Both the position numbers and the translations under genes were made by a program. Shown here in pieces: positions 49,984 to 57,962 of a DNA stretch of 64,000 nucleotides (its first letter is position 1; each line of letters opens with the position of its first letter). The stretch is from Deltaproteobacteria bacterium CSP1-8. GTDB taxonomy: Bacteria; Desulfobacterota; Deferrimicrobia; Deferrimicrobiales; Deferrimicrobiaceae. The notes beneath the pieces were generated by a model that worked only from the letters and a program-made list of their open reading frames with translations, had not been told where the DNA came from and ran no database searches. The DNA is taken from NCBI GenBank assembly GCA_001443455.1, contig LDXO01000003.1, positions 1,062 to 65,061 on the forward strand, written 5' to 3'.

Positions 49984-51600
49984 TTACTCCCCGTCTAGGG
50001 CTTCCAGGCGGTATTCCTCGATCCCCGCGGGGGGATCGAAAAACACCAACATAAACGGCACCGATTTCCCCTGCGCGACGTCGACGTTGATCAGCCCGTC
50101 CCCGAACCGGTTTGCCATGGCAGCCTCGATCGCCCCCCGCCCCATGGAGCCCAAGCCAGGGATGACGTTCCCCGCATACACGGTCTTCTCCGCGATCGTC
50201 TGACGGTTTCCTCCCAGCAGCTCGGCCCGGATCCGGATTCCGCTTTTTTTCGTCCGCCCCTGGTTGATGACCACTCCCTTGACAACGAAGAGCTGCCCGG
50301 CGTTTTCGCCCTTCTCGTAATAGCCGAACAGGTTTTCCACCTTGTAGGGGCGGGCGGGTTCCTTCCCGCCCAGCCAGAACGACTCCATGGCGGAGACGAC
50401 GGTGCGCAAGGTTTCCTGTCCGCTGGCTGTGAACGCGAGGTACGCCCCTCCCCCTGCCAGGGTGACGAACAGGAGTACCAGAAGCGCGATCGACGGTCTC
50501 CCGGCAGGGGCGGTGGTCCGGGGGCGCGCCGCCAATGGTTCCCCGATCTCCAGGAGCCTCGGCGGAGGGATGTCCGCGGGGGGCGGTTCCGGACCAAAGG
50601 TCTCCTCCATGCGTCCGCTCCCGGCCAGGCCGGCCAGTTGGTCCTGGATCGCATCCGCCCGCGAGGAGGGGGGGACCGCGGTGCCGGTTGTTGGTCCCGG
50701 CGATGGGGGAACCGGCAGGGTGTCCTCCTCCGGGGTCCCGGCGGGCGCCTGTTTCAGGTGTTCGGAGATATCGAACGGCCTGGTCGATTCCGAGGCGGAC
50801 TCCTCCTTTCTCAGCAAGTCGGAGGAGTCGGTGTCGATGATCAGAAATTCCCCCGGTTCCGATCCCGCCTCTGCCGGCGGAGGGGGGATGAACACCTCCT
50901 CGTCCGCCTTGTCCTGCGGGCCCCGGGCGTGGATATCGCCGGTCTCTTCAAGAAACGAGAGTTTCTCTTCCCGTTCGAGCTCCAGGGAGAATAGAGCGTC
51001 CCGGGTCTCCTTGCCGGGTCCCGGTTCCTCCGCCACGGTAGGAGAAGACTCCTCGATTCCCCCCTCGGGGAACAAGGGGCTTTCGAAAGCCGCATCGACC
51101 TCGCCGAGCGGCGCAGGACCCGGCTCCTCGGCGTCGGGGGACGGAACCGGTTCTTCGGTTTCCCGTTCCCGGTCCTGCTGGAGAAGCCTGTCGAAGGCCG
51201 TATCGACCTCGTCGCGGGGCGCAGGGGCAGGTTCTTCGTGCGACCCCACGGGCTCCGGCGCGAACGGTTCCTGTTCCCTCTCCACCGGGGGCGGAGTCAC
51301 TCCTTCGACGGGGGAGGGACCCCGTTCGGTCTCCCGTTCCAGGGGAAGGATGCTGTCCATGGCGGCGTCGACCTCTTCCCGGGGCGGTACGGGCGCCTTT
51401 GGTTCGGGCTCGCGCAGGACCGCCCTAAGATCGAAGAGTTCCTTGCCGACGGGAGGGGAAGGTTTGGCGGGCGGAATATCGCTCTTCATGACGATGATCG
51501 TCTCGCCGCACTTCCGGCAGCGGATGCGCGCGCCCTTCCCCTTGATCCTGGATTCGTCCAGTTTGAAACGTGCCCGGCAAGCCTGGCACTCGATGATCAT
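49984..51600 (-). CDS. MJ0042-type zinc-finger / acidic Pro-rich linker / TM / DUF3426 protein
   Basis: MIIECQACRARFKLDESRIKGKGARIRCRKCGETI (MJ0042 finger). The linker has three EVDxAF(D/E)xxL repeats. TM segment IALLVLLFVTLAGGGAYLAF. The C-terminus LFVVKGVVINQG..IRIRAELL..FMLVFFDPP is DUF3426-like. Confidence 0.75.
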   Translation of the reverse strand: MIIECQACRARFKLDESRIKGKGARIRCRKCGETIIVMKSDIPPAKPSPPVGKELFDLRAVLREPEPKAPVPPREEVDAAMDSILPLERETERGPSPVEGVTPPPVEREQEPFAPEPVGSHEEPAPAPRDEVDTAFDRLLQQDRERETEEPVPSPDAEEPGPAPLGEVDAAFESPLFPEGGIEESSPTVAEEPGPGKETRDALFSLELEREEKLSFLEETGDIHARGPQDKADEEVFIPPPPAEAGSEPGEFLIIDTDSSDLLRKEESASESTRPFDISEHLKQAPAGTPEEDTLPVPPSPGPTTGTAVPPSSRADAIQDQLAGLAGSGRMEETFGPEPPPADIPPPRLLEIGEPLAARPRTTAPAGRPSIALLVLLFVTLAGGGAYLAFTASGQETLRTVVSAMESFWLGGKEPARPYKVENLFGYYEKGENAGQLFVVKGVVINQGRTKKSGIRIRAELLGGNRQTIAEKTVYAGNVIPGLGSMGRGAIEAAMANRFGDGLINVDVAQGKSVPFMLVFFDPPAGIEEYRLEALDGE

Positions 51601-51611
51601 CGTTCCTCCTC

Positions 51612-51866
51612 CTTAGATGTGCTGCGTCTCGTAATGACGGTCTCGTACCGGGCCGACGTCCTGAGGCGTTTCCCCTCCCGGTGCCAGGTGCTCGCGGGCG
51701 GCTTCCTCTCCGCTACGCTCGCGACCTGCGACCGCTCGCTGCCATTCCGCTCGACGCGATTTTTCGCCTCGCTCCATAGGCCGCTCCGAGGAATCCCCCG
51801 CTGCGCCCCTTGGCACGGGGAGGCACGCACGGATACGTTGCCGTGTTTATGAAGCGGAGCACTTAG
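51612..51866. mobile_element. ~255-bp non-coding foldback/MITE-like repeat (copy B)
   Basis: Bounded by CTTAG at both ends. The imperfect TIR is TGCTGCGTCTCGTAA versus the reverse complement TGCTCCGCTTCATAA. It is the reverse complement of copy C (57564-57814), with an uninterrupted 92-bp identical core (51652-51743 = rc of 57686-57777). The ORF-track peptides across it are Arg/Ser-rich and not credible. Confidence 0.65.
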
Positions 51867-51930
51867 TCATTTCCGGGCGGTGCTCCTACTCGACTATAAT
51901 GGATTTGCGCGGTCCTCTCAACCCCGGTTC

Positions 51931-52677
51931 TCATCCCTTGTTCCGTCTGGCTCCGAGGGCGCACAGGAGGATCCCCGCCTCGTACAGGGCGTAGATCGGC
52001 AGGGCGACGAGGACCTGGGAGACGGCATCCGGGGGGGTGAGGACCGCTCCGAGGAGAAACGCGCCTACGATCGCGGCTTTCCTCCCGCGGCGCAGGAGAT
52101 CCGGGGTCAGGATTCCTGCCCGCCCCGCGAGGTACAGGACCAGCGGCACCTCGAACATCACTCCGAACAAGAGAAGGATCCGCAGGACCAGCGAGAGGGA
52201 CTCCTTCATCGACGGCATCGGAACAATGGTCGATCCCCCGAAGCCAAGAAAGAAGGAGAAGATCGAAGGGACCGCGACAAAGTACCCGAACGCCATCCCG
52301 GCAAGGAGGGCCGCAGTCGACCAGAAAGAAAAGAGAAGGAGAATCTTGCGTTCTTTCCGGTAGAGGCCGGGGCCCACGAAACGCCACGCCTGGTAGAAGA
52401 TCACGGGGCTTGCCAGGACAAACCCTCCCCAGAGAGCCAGCTTGAAGTAGGTGAGGAAAGCCTCGGTGAGTTCGGTGAAAATGAGCCGGGAGCCCCACGG
52501 GAGCCGTTCGGTCAGGGGAGAGAGAAGCGCCCGGTAGATCGAATCCACGCGGGAATAGCACAGGACGGTTCCTGCCCCCCATGCGATCAGGGAATGGATC
52601 ACCCGCTTGCGCAGTTCTTCCAGGTGCTCGGTAAGCGGCAGCCGGACCTCGGAGTTCGTTCCTGGTTCCGGGTTCAT
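51931..52677 (-). CDS. tatC: Twin-arginine translocase subunit TatC
   Basis: LPLTEHLEELRKRVI..FTELTEAFLTYFKLAL..SPVIFYQAWRFVGPGLY..GVMFEVPLV..TPPD..SQ. Confidence 0.92.
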   Translation of the reverse strand: MNPEPGTNSEVRLPLTEHLEELRKRVIHSLIAWGAGTVLCYSRVDSIYRALLSPLTERLPWGSRLIFTELTEAFLTYFKLALWGGFVLASPVIFYQAWRFVGPGLYRKERKILLLFSFWSTAALLAGMAFGYFVAVPSIFSFFLGFGGSTIVPMPSMKESLSLVLRILLLFGVMFEVPLVLYLAGRAGILTPDLLRRGRKAAIVGAFLLGAVLTPPDAVSQVLVALPIYALYEAGILLCALGARRNKG

Positions 52678-52699
52678 CGAGGGGGGATGCCGTTTCCGA

Positions 52700-52987
52700 T
52701 CATCCCTTGGGGGCGGAGGGAGGCGGAGCGGAATCGCCCTCGGCGAACGGGGGGACGCCGGAGCGCGGCGCGTCCCCGGGGGGGGGGCCGGGGTCGGAGT
52801 CCTTCTCTTCGGATTCGGCTTCCCGGACGGCTTCGTCGATCCCCTTCCGTACCTCTTCGGACGCTTTCTTGAATTCGGCGATCCCCTTCCCGAGGCTTTT
52901 GGCGAGGTCCGGGAGGCGCTTCGGACCGAAGAAGATCAGGACCACGACAAGGATGATGATCATCTCCTGGAAGCCGATTCCGAACAT
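52700..52987 (-). CDS. tatB: Twin-arginine translocase TatB-like (TatA/B/E family) protein
   Basis: MFGIGFQEMIIILVVVLIFFGPKRLPDLAKSLGKGIAEFKKA followed by an acidic, Pro-rich tail. It lies 22 nt upstream of tatC. Confidence 0.85.
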   Translation of the reverse strand: MFGIGFQEMIIILVVVLIFFGPKRLPDLAKSLGKGIAEFKKASEEVRKGIDEAVREAESEEKDSDPGPPPGDAPRSGVPPFAEGDSAPPPSAPKG

Positions 52988-53050
52988 ATCCCTCCCTCTC
53001 TTCGTTTCCTTCAGGAAATACTATACCGCGGGTTCTGCGCCAAATCCACG

Positions 53051-53127
53051 TTATCCGAAAGGATAATCCGCCTATCCGATCGGACGACCCACGGGGGGGG
53101 CGTCTCCGGATACGGAGGCGTATCCGG
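53051..53127. promoter_or_regulatory. Two perfect palindromes in the tatB / activase divergent promoter region
   Basis: TTATCC-GAAA-GGATAA (53051-53066) and CCGGATACG-GAGG-CGTATCCGG (53106-53127), read directly. They could be operators or RNA hairpins. Confidence 0.35.
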
Positions 53128-53227
53128 TTGTCTTTCCGGCACATCCTTCAGGAGGCACAGCATTTGTATGATCGATACGGGTCTGCACGAAACGAACGAG
53201 GCTCTTCTTTTTTTTAGGAGAAACGCC

Positions 53228-56200
53228 GTGCACATCGGCATCGACGTCGGGTCGATCAGCGTGAAGATATCCCTGGTCGCCCTTTCTTCGGACCCTCTTC
53301 TTCCCGAGGAAACATGCAACGCTTTTCTCTCCGCCGATCCGGCGATGCTTCCGGGGGAGGCGCGGGCCTATCTTCTTTCCTACGACCGTCTGCTGGGGGA
53401 CCCGAACCGGAAAGTTCCGGAACGGCTGGCGGAGTGGACCGGCAGGATCGGCGCGGGGCGGATCCGGGGCGTGACGGTCACCGGCAAGAGCGGAGCGCAC
53501 CTGGCCCAGGCACTGGGATTCCGGTACGAGAACGACTTTCGCTGCCTGGTGCGGGGCGTGACTGCGCTGCATGACGATGTCCGGACGATCTTCGAGATGG
53601 GGGGGGAGAACGCGAAGGTCATCCGGCTCGACAGGGCCGGCGGGGATGGGCCGGTGCGCATCCGGGACTACGACACCAACGGGGACTGCGCCGCCGGCAC
53701 CGGGTCGTTCATCGACCAGCAGGCCCATCGGATGAGGCTGTCCGTGGAGGAGATCGGGGGGATGGTCGCCCGGGCGGGAAGCGCGGCCCGGATCGCCGGG
53801 CGATGCTCGGTGTTCGCCAAGTCCGACATGATCCACGCCCAGCAGAAAGGGTATTCCCCCGAGGAGATCCTGAAAGGGCTGTGCGAAGCGGTCGCCCGCA
53901 ATTTCAAAAGCAGCATCAACAAGGGAAAGGACCCCGTTCCCCGGGTGGCGCTCGTCGGGGGGCTGTTCGCCAACCAGGGGGTGGTGCACGCCGTCTGCGA
54001 CTCGTTCGGTTTCGCCCCCGAGGACGTGGTGCTCCCGTGGGGGTATGCCCACCTCGGGGCGGTCGGGGCCGCGATGCTGGCCGCGGATGACCGGACGCCC
54101 CGGGAGAAGCGGCAGGGGACGACGTTCTTTCTTCCCGCGAGCACCTCCGGAGAGGGCGAGAAAGCGTTCCCCTCCTGGCCCCCTCTTTCCACCGGAGACG
54201 TCGTCTTCCTGAGGGACCGGGTGGCCGGGGTGCCCCCCCTCGAAGGGCTCCCGGAGGTCTTCCTCGGGATCGACGTGGGGTCCGTGAGCACGAATTTCGC
54301 CCTTCTCGACGGCGAGGGGAACCTCCTGAAGGAGATTTACGTCAGCACGCAGGGAAGGCCGGTCCAGGTGGTGACGGACGGACTTCTCGACCTGCGCGAG
54401 GAGTTCGGGGAGAGAATCCGGATTCGCGGCGTCGGCACGACGGGATCGGGGAGGGAACTGATCGGGGAGCTCGTCGGGGCGGACACCGTCCAGGACGAGA
54501 TCACCGCCCACAAGACCGGGTCCTCCTTCATCAGCCGGCGATTCTTCGGGCAGGCGGTGGACACCATTTTCGAGATCGGCGGGCAGGATTCGAAGTTCAT
54601 CAGCCTGGAGAACGGCGTCGTGGTGGACTTCGCGATGAACGACGCCTGCGCTGCGGGGACCGGATCCTTTCTGGAGGAACAGGCGGAGCGGCTCGGCATC
54701 CGGATCAAGGGAGAGTTCGCGGAGATGGCGCTCTCCTCCCGGGCTCCCGTCCGGATGGGAGAGCGGTGCACCGTCTTCATGGAGCAGGACCTGAACACCT
54801 ACCTCCACCGCGGGGCCTCCAAGGTGGACCTCGTGGCGGGGCTCGCCTACTCCGTTGTCATCAATTACCTGAACCGGGTCGTCCGGGGGCGCAGGATCGG
54901 GGAGACGATCTACTTCCAGGGAGGGACGGCGTACAACGACGCCGTCGCGGCGGCCTTCACCCACGTCCTCGGGAAGCCGATCATCGTTCCGCCGCATAAC
55001 GGGGTCATCGGGGCGATCGGGATGGCCCTCCTCGCTCGCGACAAGGTGCGGGCGACGGCGGAGAGCACCCGCTTCCGCGGGTTCGACCTGGGGATGGTCG
55101 ACTACCGGAGGCGCGAGTTCGTCTGCAAGGGGTGCAGCAATTTCTGCGACATGCAGGAGATCCGGATCGAAGGCACGAACACCTACTGGGGGGACAAATG
55201 TTCCGAGAGATACCGGAAGAGCGCCCGGACCGGCGTCAAGCCGGTGATCGAGGACCTGCCCGCCCGCCGGGCGGAGTGGTTCGAGTCCCTCCTGGAGGGC
55301 GACGCCTTGGGCCGCCGCGGGACCGTCGGGTATCCCCGTGCCATGTACTTCTACGAGCGGTTCCCGTTCTGGAAGACCTTCCTTTCCTGTCTGGGGTTCA
55401 ACCTGAAGGTGAGCCCGCGAACCGACAAGGCGATTGCGAGAGAGGGATTCGAGAAGACCGTCGCCGAGCCGTGCTACCCGATCCAGGTCGCCCACGGCCA
55501 CGTGGCCGCCCTCCTGCGGGACGGGATCGATTTTCTGTTCGTCCCCAACGTCGTCAACGCGGAGACCGCCCACACCCATACCCAGTCGCACTTCTGCCCG
55601 TGGGGGCAGACCCTCCCGTTCGTCCTGGCGTCGGTTCCCGGCTGGGAGAAGGAGGTGCGCCAGAAGCTCCTGTCCCCGACCGTCCGCTTCCGGGACGACG
55701 AACGCCTCCTGGTCGAGGATCTCTTCGCGTGTTTCGGGCCGCTGGGCGTCTCCCGCCGCGAGATCCGGGAGGCGATCCGGGAGGGGTGGAAGGAGCAGCA
55801 GCGGTTCGGCAACTTCCTTCTCGACCGCGGGGCGTTGGCGATCTCCGAGTTGGAGAAGGCGGGCGCCCATGCCGTCATCCTGATCGGCCGCTCGTACAAC
55901 CTGTACGACCGGGACGTCAATCTGAACATCCCCGCGAAGCTGCGCGACCAGTACGGAGCGAACGTGATCCCGATCGATTTCCTGCCCGTGGACGGGATCG
56001 ACATCCGGGATATCCACGACAACATGTTCTGGAACTACGGAAGGAAGATCATCGCGGCGGCGAAATGGTGCCGGAACCGGCCGAAGGTCCACATCCTCTA
56101 CATCACCAATTTCAAGTGCGGGCCGGACTCCTTCATCCGGCACTTCATCCAGAAGGCCTCCGGCGCGCCCTACCTTTCCCTGCAGTTCGACGGACACGGG

Positions 56201-56278
56201 AACGACGCCGGATACATGACGCGGTGCGAGGCGTATCTCGACAGCAAGGGGGTATTGCGCTGGTGGGCGGAGACGTGA
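53228..56278 (+). CDS. Tandem BcrAD/BadFG/HgdC-type activase ATPase domains fused to a 2-hydroxyacyl-CoA-dehydratase-like (DUF2229-type) domain
   Basis: GTG 53228 lies 8 nt after AGGAG. Two ASKHA activase units are present: IGIDVGSISVK..DCAAGTGSFIDQQA..RCSVFAKSDM and LGIDVGSVSTN..DACAAGTGSFLEEQA..RCTVFMEQDL. The C-terminal region reads FVCKGCSNFCD..AEPCYP..HFCPW..NFKCGPDSF. The track ORF start at 52607 is antisense to tatBC and was discarded. Confidence 0.85.
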   Translation: MHIGIDVGSISVKISLVALSSDPLLPEETCNAFLSADPAMLPGEARAYLLSYDRLLGDPNRKVPERLAEWTGRIGAGRIRGVTVTGKSGAHLAQALGFRYENDFRCLVRGVTALHDDVRTIFEMGGENAKVIRLDRAGGDGPVRIRDYDTNGDCAAGTGSFIDQQAHRMRLSVEEIGGMVARAGSAARIAGRCSVFAKSDMIHAQQKGYSPEEILKGLCEAVARNFKSSINKGKDPVPRVALVGGLFANQGVVHAVCDSFGFAPEDVVLPWGYAHLGAVGAAMLAADDRTPREKRQGTTFFLPASTSGEGEKAFPSWPPLSTGDVVFLRDRVAGVPPLEGLPEVFLGIDVGSVSTNFALLDGEGNLLKEIYVSTQGRPVQVVTDGLLDLREEFGERIRIRGVGTTGSGRELIGELVGADTVQDEITAHKTGSSFISRRFFGQAVDTIFEIGGQDSKFISLENGVVVDFAMNDACAAGTGSFLEEQAERLGIRIKGEFAEMALSSRAPVRMGERCTVFMEQDLNTYLHRGASKVDLVAGLAYSVVINYLNRVVRGRRIGETIYFQGGTAYNDAVAAAFTHVLGKPIIVPPHNGVIGAIGMALLARDKVRATAESTRFRGFDLGMVDYRRREFVCKGCSNFCDMQEIRIEGTNTYWGDKCSERYRKSARTGVKPVIEDLPARRAEWFESLLEGDALGRRGTVGYPRAMYFYERFPFWKTFLSCLGFNLKVSPRTDKAIAREGFEKTVAEPCYPIQVAHGHVAALLRDGIDFLFVPNVVNAETAHTHTQSHFCPWGQTLPFVLASVPGWEKEVRQKLLSPTVRFRDDERLLVEDLFACFGPLGVSRREIREAIREGWKEQQRFGNFLLDRGALAISELEKAGAHAVILIGRSYNLYDRDVNLNIPAKLRDQYGANVIPIDFLPVDGIDIRDIHDNMFWNYGRKIIAAAKWCRNRPKVHILYITNFKCGPDSFIRHFIQKASGAPYLSLQFDGHGNDAGYMTRCEAYLDSKGVLRWWAET

Positions 56279-57567
56279 GCGGGTCACCGCTGTCCGGAAG
56301 GACGGTCTTCTTCCCTCCGATGACCGAGGCGGGGGTGCGCACCATCTCGGCGGCGTTCCGGTCGGTGGGGATCGACGCGAGGCCCATGCCGCCTTCCGAC
56401 GAGGAGACGCTTCTCCTCGGCGGACGGTTCTCGTCGGGGGAGGAGTGCCTCCCCCAGAAGGTGACGCTGGGCGACACGCTCAAACTTCTGGTCCACGGGG
56501 ACGTCGCCCCCGAAAAGATGGCGCTCTTCATGCCGGCCTCGAACGGGCCGTGCCGGTTCGGGCAGTACGGCCCCTACATGAAGATGGTCTTCGAGGAGAT
56601 GGGCTACGGCGACGTGATGTTCGTATCCCCCACGTGCGCGGACGGGTACAGCGGCGTGGGAGAGCATGCGGACGAACTCCTCCGCACCGCGTGGCGGGCC
56701 ATGGTGGGGGGTGACCTTCTCCAGAAGATTCTCCTCCGGGTCCGCCCCTACGAGACGGAGAAGGGGGCGGCCGACGCAGCGTTGAACGACGCGGTCGGGA
56801 TCCTGTGCCGGGCCGTGGAGGTCCCGGGCGAGAAGCAAGGGGAGAAGCTTGCGCGGATCGTCGCGGCCCTGAGGCAGGGGCGCAAGCGGTTCCAAAGCGT
56901 GCCGACGGACTTCTCCTCCCCGCGCCCGCTGGTCGGAGTCGTCGGGGAGATCTTCTGCCGGCTCAACACCTTCAGCAACGAAGACGTGGTGCGCAAGGTG
57001 GAGGAGGCGGGAGGAGAATGCTGGATTTCCGACGTGACGGAGTGGGTGTGGTACACCAACGCCGATCACCACCGGGAGCTCAAGCGGTACGGCAAGACCC
57101 TGAGCATGGAGATGCTCGGGGCAAAGCTGAAGTGGCACTTCCAGCGGAAGGACGAGCACGCCCTTCTCGAGGTGTTCGAGGGGGACTTCCGCGGGTACGA
57201 GGAGCCGCACGACATCCGCGAGGTGATGGAGCTTGCCCGCCCCTACCTGGTACCCGAAGGGACGTTGGGAGAGATGCTCCTTTCGGTGGGAAAGTCGGTC
57301 TACCTGCACCGGAAGGGGGTGGACGGGATCCTCGACATCAACCCCTTTACCTGCATGAACGGCATTGTCTCCGAGGCCGTCTACCCCCGTGTGTCCCGCG
57401 ACTGCGACGACCTCCCGGTTCGCGTGCTATACTTTGACGGTACGCACGCGGACCGCCGGTACGAGCTGGAGATCTTCATGGAACTCGTCCGGGAATACTC
57501 CTGCCGGAAGAGGATACGGCGCATCCTCCCGGGGGATTTCGGGGCGGCTGGGTCGGCCGGCGCCTAA
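56275..57567 (+). CDS. 2-hydroxyacyl-CoA dehydratase / BcrCB-like family protein (activase-associated partner)
   Basis: GTGA overlap with the upstream gene. Conserved Cys contexts are GEECLPQK, NGPCRFGQYG, SPTCADG, GEIFCRLN and NPFTCMNG. The TAA stop (57565-57567) lies inside the terminal CTAAG of repeat copy C. Confidence 0.8.
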   Translation: MSGSPLSGRTVFFPPMTEAGVRTISAAFRSVGIDARPMPPSDEETLLLGGRFSSGEECLPQKVTLGDTLKLLVHGDVAPEKMALFMPASNGPCRFGQYGPYMKMVFEEMGYGDVMFVSPTCADGYSGVGEHADELLRTAWRAMVGGDLLQKILLRVRPYETEKGAADAALNDAVGILCRAVEVPGEKQGEKLARIVAALRQGRKRFQSVPTDFSSPRPLVGVVGEIFCRLNTFSNEDVVRKVEEAGGECWISDVTEWVWYTNADHHRELKRYGKTLSMEMLGAKLKWHFQRKDEHALLEVFEGDFRGYEEPHDIREVMELARPYLVPEGTLGEMLLSVGKSVYLHRKGVDGILDINPFTCMNGIVSEAVYPRVSRDCDDLPVRVLYFDGTHADRRYELEIFMELVREYSCRKRIRRILPGDFGAAGSAGA

Positions 57568-57814
57568 GTACTCCGCTTCATCAATATGGCAACGTATGCG
57601 TGCGTGCCCCCCGGTGCCAAGGAGCGCAGCGGGGGGTTCCTCGGAGCGGCCTGTGGAGCGAGGTGCCGATTCCGGCGAGCGGAACGGCAGCGAGCGGTCG
57701 CAGGTCGCGAGCGTAGCGGAGAGGAAGCCGCCCGCGAGCACCTGGCACCGGGAGGGGAAACGCCTCAGGACGTCGGCACGGTACGAGACCGTAATTACGA
57801 GACGCCGCACTAAG
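57564..57814. mobile_element. ~251-bp non-coding foldback/MITE-like repeat (copy C), inverted relative to copy B
   Basis: Bounded by CTAAG at both ends. About nine positions in ten are identical to the reverse complement of copy B by eye alignment. Internal arm similarity: CCCCCCGGTGCCAAGG versus CCCTCCCGGTGCCAGG on the opposite arm. The right end is TTACGAGACGCCGCACT. Confidence 0.65.
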
Positions 57815-57962
57815 GTTCCCATGTCATCACTGCGGTCGTGCGCCGGGAGCGGATGCGGCGTCGCTCGAATGCCCCCGTATCGGTGATCGGGAGTGCCAGG
57901 CGTTTCCCGCCGGGAATACGCGCGGGACCGGCCCGTGGAGGGCAGGGAAGGCGAAAGGCGAC

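Noticed and set aside
51597-51830. 77-aa ORF and the matching peptide inside 57365..57886 (..ERNGSERSQVASVAERKPPASTWHREGKRLRTSARYETVITRR..)
   Set aside because: The shared peptide simply reflects the inverted DNA repeat. There is no RBS, the composition is Arg/Ser-rich, and both strands and frames are open. It is treated as non-coding repeat sequence.
52607-53227. N-terminal 207 codons of the 1223-aa activase ORF
   Set aside because: This stretch is antisense to tatC and tatB and crosses the promoter region. The sequence is not protein-like. A good RBS plus GTG at 53228 begins the first activase domain (HIGIDVGS).
57821-57886. 21-codon ORF MSSLRSCAGSGCGVARMPPYR just outside repeat copy C, considered as a Cys-rich peptide gene
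   Set aside because: It is too short and unsupported to call as a gene. There is no linkage to a maturase, since the radical SAM locus is 17 kb away. It is kept only as part of the observation about element ends facing ATGs.
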